DNA from: an uncultured bacterium
Lineage (GTDB): Bacteria > SAR324 > NAC60-12
Length of the DNA stretch: 10,180 bases
Assembly (NCBI GenBank): GCA_965662845.1
Contig: CBFIJD010000015.1
Span: forward strand, 54,858 to 65,037
Direction: 5' to 3'
Shown: positions 6,706 through 10,180 of the stretch, piece after piece
Position numbering within the stretch: the first letter of the stretch is position 1
Layout of the letters: every line of letters starts with the position of its first letter
The notes under the pieces: model-generated
Databases searched by the model: none
What the model saw: only the letters and a program-made list of their open reading frames with translations
What the model was told of the DNA's origin: nothing
Translations under genes and position numbers: made by a program

Positions 6706-8103
6706 GTGCTGAAAACCCACAATCAGGTTCTGTTGGGTGCCTTACGCAGCGTGGATGTGCTGTTGGCATTTCTTATGTGGGAAGTCGCCTATCGGGCGCG
6801 CTTCTTTTGGCTGAACTGGCCTGCCGCTGAGATGATCCCTGACCATACCGAGTATTTGAAAGCTGCGTTTGTCGCGGCGATGCTCACGGCGATCATGTTT
6901 GCGCTGGGCAATGTCTATCGGCCACAATCTTTTGTGCGGCCGAAGAGCGACTTCCTGCATTTGTTGCGGGGCTGCTTCAACCTGCTGCTGGCGTTGTTGG
7001 TGCTGGCGTTTTATTACCGCGAGTTTTCTTATTCTCGTGTGCACACCGTTTATTTTTTGGTGTTGCTGTTGATCTCGCTCGTGATCTCGCGCTACATCGC
7101 TCGCAAAATTATGAAAGCGCTGCATCGACGCGGCATTCACATTGAGAACGTCGTCGTGGTGGGGTCAGGCGAGACGGCGCTCAATTTTGCGCAGCGATTA
7201 GGGCGCTATCAACGCACAGGCATTGTGCTCAAGGGCGTGCTGCCGTTGGATGCTGCCGCGACGCTGCCGAGAGCGCTCACAAGACTCGAGAGTCTGGATG
7301 AGGTCGCGCAACGTATTCAGCAGCAGGAGATTGATCAAGTCTTTCTGGCGCTCGCTCCCACAGAACAGCACTGGCTCCCTGAGCTGAAAGAACGATTTTC
7401 AGAGCTGTGGGTTGATGTTCACATTGTGCCGCACTTGGGGAGTTTTCGGACGCTGCATACAGAAACGGAGACGTTTGAAGGTGTGCCGATTGTGACCGTT
7501 GTGCGCAGCCCATTGGTCGGCTGGAACCGCATCCTTAAGCGGGGCATGGACATGCTAGGCGCGCTCGCCGCGTTGCTGATTTTTGGCCCTGTGATGCTGG
7601 TCATCGCCGCGTTGGTTCGGTTTACCTCGCCGGGCCCCATTTTGTATCGCCAAGAGCGGATGGGGCTGGATGGGCGGACTTTCTGGGCCCTCAAGTTTCG
7701 TTCCATGCGCATTGACGCTGAGCAGCGCACGGGGGCGGTGTGGGCAAGCAAAGATGACGACCGCTGCACTCCAATTGGAGGCTTCATTCGGCGAGTGAGC
7801 TTAGACGAGTTGCCGCAGCTCTTTAATGTGCTGCGGGGAGAGATGAGCCTAGTGGGGCCACGACCGGAGCGTCCTGTGTTCATTGAGCAGTTCAAAAAAC
7901 AAATCCCTGACTACATGCTGCGCCACAAAGTCAAAGCGGGGATTACAGGCTGGGCTCAGATCAACGGCTGGCGCGGAAACACCTCCTTAGAAAAGCGCAT
8001 TGAGTGTGATTTGTATTACATTGAACGTTGGTCTCTGTGGTTTGATGTCAAAATCTTGTTTCTCACGATCTTCAAAGGCTTCGTCGACCCGAACGCGTAC
8101 TAG
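6706..8103 (+). CDS. Undecaprenyl-phosphate glucose phosphotransferase (WcaJ/GumD-type priming glycosyltransferase), 465 aa
   Basis: N-terminal TM region, Rossmann-like VVVVGSGE segment, KRGMDM plus TM, and the Bac_transf motifs KFRSM, SLDELPQLFNVLRGEMSLVGPRPERP, GITGWAQING, DLYYIERWS. Sugar specificity is inferred. Confidence 0.93.
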   Translation: MLKTHNQVLLGALRSVDVLLAFLMWEVAYRARFFWLNWPAAEMIPDHTEYLKAAFVAAMLTAIMFALGNVYRPQSFVRPKSDFLHLLRGCFNLLLALLVLAFYYREFSYSRVHTVYFLVLLLISLVISRYIARKIMKALHRRGIHIENVVVVGSGETALNFAQRLGRYQRTGIVLKGVLPLDAAATLPRALTRLESLDEVAQRIQQQEIDQVFLALAPTEQHWLPELKERFSELWVDVHIVPHLGSFRTLHTETETFEGVPIVTVVRSPLVGWNRILKRGMDMLGALAALLIFGPVMLVIAALVRFTSPGPILYRQERMGLDGRTFWALKFRSMRIDAEQRTGAVWASKDDDRCTPIGGFIRRVSLDELPQLFNVLRGEMSLVGPRPERPVFIEQFKKQIPDYMLRHKVKAGITGWAQINGWRGNTSLEKRIECDLYYIERWSLWFDVKILFLTIFKGFVDPNAY

Positions 8104-8515
8104 CGGGTTCACCCTGCTCGAGTCGCTAATGGTGCTCGCTGTGCTAGGCGTCCTGTGGGGGCTGAGCTCCGTGGCGAACACCGCATGGCTGGGGCCAACC
8201 CGCCTGAACAACGCGACGGATCACCTCGCATCTGCGCTGGAGCACTCTCAGTTGCTGGCAATGCGAGACCTGCGCTCGTATCGTGTGCGGCTGGAGGCGC
8301 AAAATCTGAATCTGGAGTCGAAGGTGGGTTCCACATGGAGAAGAGAGATGACTTGGGATCAGTTGCCTAGCGGCGTGACGGTAACGGCCACGCGGTGGCC
8401 CTCTTTTAGCGCACATGGATTTGCCGTAGGAGGAACCTTGACCCTGCGAGATGCAGAATCACAGACCCAAGAAATCCGTGTTAGCCCGAGTGGTCGCATT
8501 GCTGTGCTGCGCTGA
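8045..8515 (+). CDS. Prepilin-type N-terminal cleavage/methylation protein (FimT/GspH-like), about 156 aa
   Basis: Basic 21-aa leader, then G|FTLLE at 8105-8122 and a hydrophobic helix. C-terminal FSAHG..GTLTL..IRVSPSGRI is typical of FimT/GspH. Confidence 0.85.
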   Translation: MSKSCFSRSSKASSTRTRTSGFTLLESLMVLAVLGVLWGLSSVANTAWLGPTRLNNATDHLASALEHSQLLAMRDLRSYRVRLEAQNLNLESKVGSTWRREMTWDQLPSGVTVTATRWPSFSAHGFAVGGTLTLRDAESQTQEIRVSPSGRIAVLR

Positions 8516-8535
8516 CGGCGAACTAAGTGTATGCT

Positions 8536-8565
8536 TTGTGCACAGATGTCTGGTCCGTCTACAAT
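8536..8565 (+). promoter_or_regulatory. Possible sigma70 promoter for the downstream hypothetical gene pair
   Basis: TTGTGC (8536-8541), 18 bp, TACAAT (8560-8565), followed by GGAG 8572-8575 and ATG 8584. Confidence 0.45.
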
Positions 8566-8583
8566 GAACTTGGAGTTTCCGAA

Positions 8584-9858
8584 ATGAATGAGTCTAAATC
8601 CCAACAGATTGACGCTAATCTCCCGCAAGCTTCCTACGGCCACGCTGCGGCAGAACCTGCGCCGGAAGAGCCTCAGCGTCGGCTCGTGCCAGTTACCCTG
8701 CACAATCTGGATTTTACGTCGATCCAGCAGCGCGCGATTTTGGTCAGCGATGGTGTGAAACGAGAGGCCCAAGCTTCGATGAAGAACCGCGCGAAGACCT
8801 CGCCGAGCAAGCCACCGTCGGAAGGGGGGAGCCATCTGGACGGCACTGTGCTCACAGATTTATATCCGGTTGAGGCGATGCAAAAGATCTCTGCTGAGCT
8901 TCGGAAAAAACCAGACGCAACGGCGCTGCGTGTGCGCTTGATCAAGACGTTTTGGCAGTCACGAGATTTGTATGAGATCGGGACGTATCGCGACATGCTC
9001 ACTCAGGCGATTCTGCCAATTTATGTGGGCGCCATCACACCGCTGGGGCTGCAAGCTTCGTTGGAAGCTTACAACTTCTATCTGCAGAAACTTTGTGAGA
9101 CCCACAAACGAGATCTGTTGCAGCTGCGCTCTGGCGAACCAAGCGCGATGAATACGGACACCCTCGCTCTGGAGGATATCGTCGCGCGCGAAGAGGAAGT
9201 GGAAGACTCGGAAGAGCTGATGCGCATTCTCGAAGTGAAAATCGCGCAGAAGATCTTAGAGAAGCAAACCTCTGTGATGGAGCGTCTGCAAACCACCATG
9301 AGCATCCCACTCGATGTGGAAGAGGTCAACGCGCTGAGCCCCGGTGAGCTGAACAACAAACAGCAGCTCGTCTTCCGCAAGGCCTTCTCCGCGTTAGACG
9401 TGATGAAAGAGCTGCCGCTCTTACACTCCATTGGCCTCAAAATCATCCACAAAATGAAGCTCGTCGACCGACGTGACCCCAACCCCTTGCTGTTGGAAGG
9501 CCGCTTTTACTTGAGCGCGGTGAAGCTCCTGATGCTGCGCCTGAAGGAAGGAGATCGCTCCGTCAAACCATCGCTTGGGCCAACGCTGAACAAATCCATT
9601 GCTGCGTATCACAAAGCGGCAAAACTCACGTCGAAAGCAGCGCCCAACCGCAACGAAGCCCTCATCTTGGCTGAATTTGCGTCCACCACCTATTACGCTT
9701 ACTTGCACCGCACACCGATTGCTCTCAATTATGACGGAGTCATGTCTCTACTCGAAGCCGGGCGAGATGCTGTCAGCGCCGCGGTGTCGGTCAATCAGGA
9801 ATATACGCCCCTGCAGGATCGCATCGCGCAAGCGCTGGAACAGAACGGAGTGGGATGA
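8584..9858 (+). CDS. Hypothetical soluble, largely alpha-helical protein, about 424 aa (possible TPR-like helices)
   Basis: Long ORF with GGAG RBS before ATG 8584, rich in L/A/E/K, low-complexity N-terminus, no obvious TM segment and no recognised family motif. Confidence 0.8.
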   Translation: MNESKSQQIDANLPQASYGHAAAEPAPEEPQRRLVPVTLHNLDFTSIQQRAILVSDGVKREAQASMKNRAKTSPSKPPSEGGSHLDGTVLTDLYPVEAMQKISAELRKKPDATALRVRLIKTFWQSRDLYEIGTYRDMLTQAILPIYVGAITPLGLQASLEAYNFYLQKLCETHKRDLLQLRSGEPSAMNTDTLALEDIVAREEEVEDSEELMRILEVKIAQKILEKQTSVMERLQTTMSIPLDVEEVNALSPGELNNKQQLVFRKAFSALDVMKELPLLHSIGLKIIHKMKLVDRRDPNPLLLEGRFYLSAVKLLMLRLKEGDRSVKPSLGPTLNKSIAAYHKAAKLTSKAAPNRNEALILAEFASTTYYAYLHRTPIALNYDGVMSLLEAGRDAVSAAVSVNQEYTPLQDRIAQALEQNGVG

Positions 9859-10180
9859 GTCGTTCGCTGTCATTGGGATTTCTTACGGAGCTTCCTGCCG
9901 GCGTGAAGACTGCTTGGGGGTGCGTTACGCCTTTTTGGGGACGGCGGCTGGCCGACCCATTCGAGCAAGAGCAGGCGACGATGACAGATGATGACGAAGA
10001 TCTGAAAGCCTTGCGGCAGTGGTTGACAACCGTCGGGTTGACCAAGCTAGAGCGTCGCTTGCAGGCGGAGGGAATCGGCAAAGGGAGCAAGGAATACGCG
10101 CAGGTCGAAAGTCGTCAATTCGCGCTGATCGGAGGCCCTCAAGGCAGCGAGAGCACGATGGCGCTCACCGCGTGGAAGCT
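9855..10180 (+). CDS. Hypothetical protein, 3'-truncated; possible remote YeeU/CbeA-like fold
   Basis: Not in the ORF track. ATG 9855 overlaps the upstream TGA (ATGA), GGAG at 9847-9850, open for 108 codons to the window edge: MSRSLSLGFLTELPAGVKTAWGCVTPFWGRRL...GGPQGSESTMALTAWK. Confidence 0.75.
   Translation, partial: MSRSLSLGFLTELPAGVKTAWGCVTPFWGRRLADPFEQEQATMTDDDEDLKALRQWLTTVGLTKLERRLQAEGIGKGSKEYAQVESRQFALIGGPQGSESTMALTAWK

Noticed and set aside
6677..6769. Longer start (6769) for the minus-strand HAD/kinase-like ORF
   Set aside because: It would overlap the glycosyltransferase head-to-head; the HAD-like motif sits just after Met 6676, as expected for an N-terminus.
8000..8044. Upstream TTG start at 8000 for the prepilin
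   Set aside because: It gives an atypical hydrophobic, Cys-rich leader and a larger overlap; ATG 8045 gives a normal basic leader.
9599..10090. ORFs 9599-9991 (+) and 9791-10090 (-)
   Set aside because: They overlap better-supported frames; the ORF from 9855 has an RBS and ATGA coupling.

Overview
This is a gene-dense, moderately GC-rich bacterial window. It opens with the 3' part of a MarC/YhgN-type membrane protein, convergent with a methyl-accepting chemotaxis protein. A divergent peroxide-defence operon follows: short Cys-free rubrerythrin, Fe-S/CCG oxidoreductase, DUF3501 protein and thiol peroxidase Tpx, preceded by an OxyR-like box abutting a sigma70-like promoter. After it come a minus-strand HAD-like/uridine-kinase-like fusion with degenerate catalytic motifs, an isolated WcaJ-type priming glycosyltransferase whose 3' end encodes the leader of a FimT/GspH-like prepilin, a 424-aa helical hypothetical protein, and a partial ORF resembling the YeeU/CbeA family. 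The most notable observations are the Tpx lacking its resolving cysteine inside the rubrerythrin operon, the OxyR-like promoter architecture, a 44-bp-period duplication of a gene end, symmetric 21-residue insertions in the chemoreceptor, and the apparent double pseudo-enzyme. All family calls are from motif recognition by eye; no searches were run.
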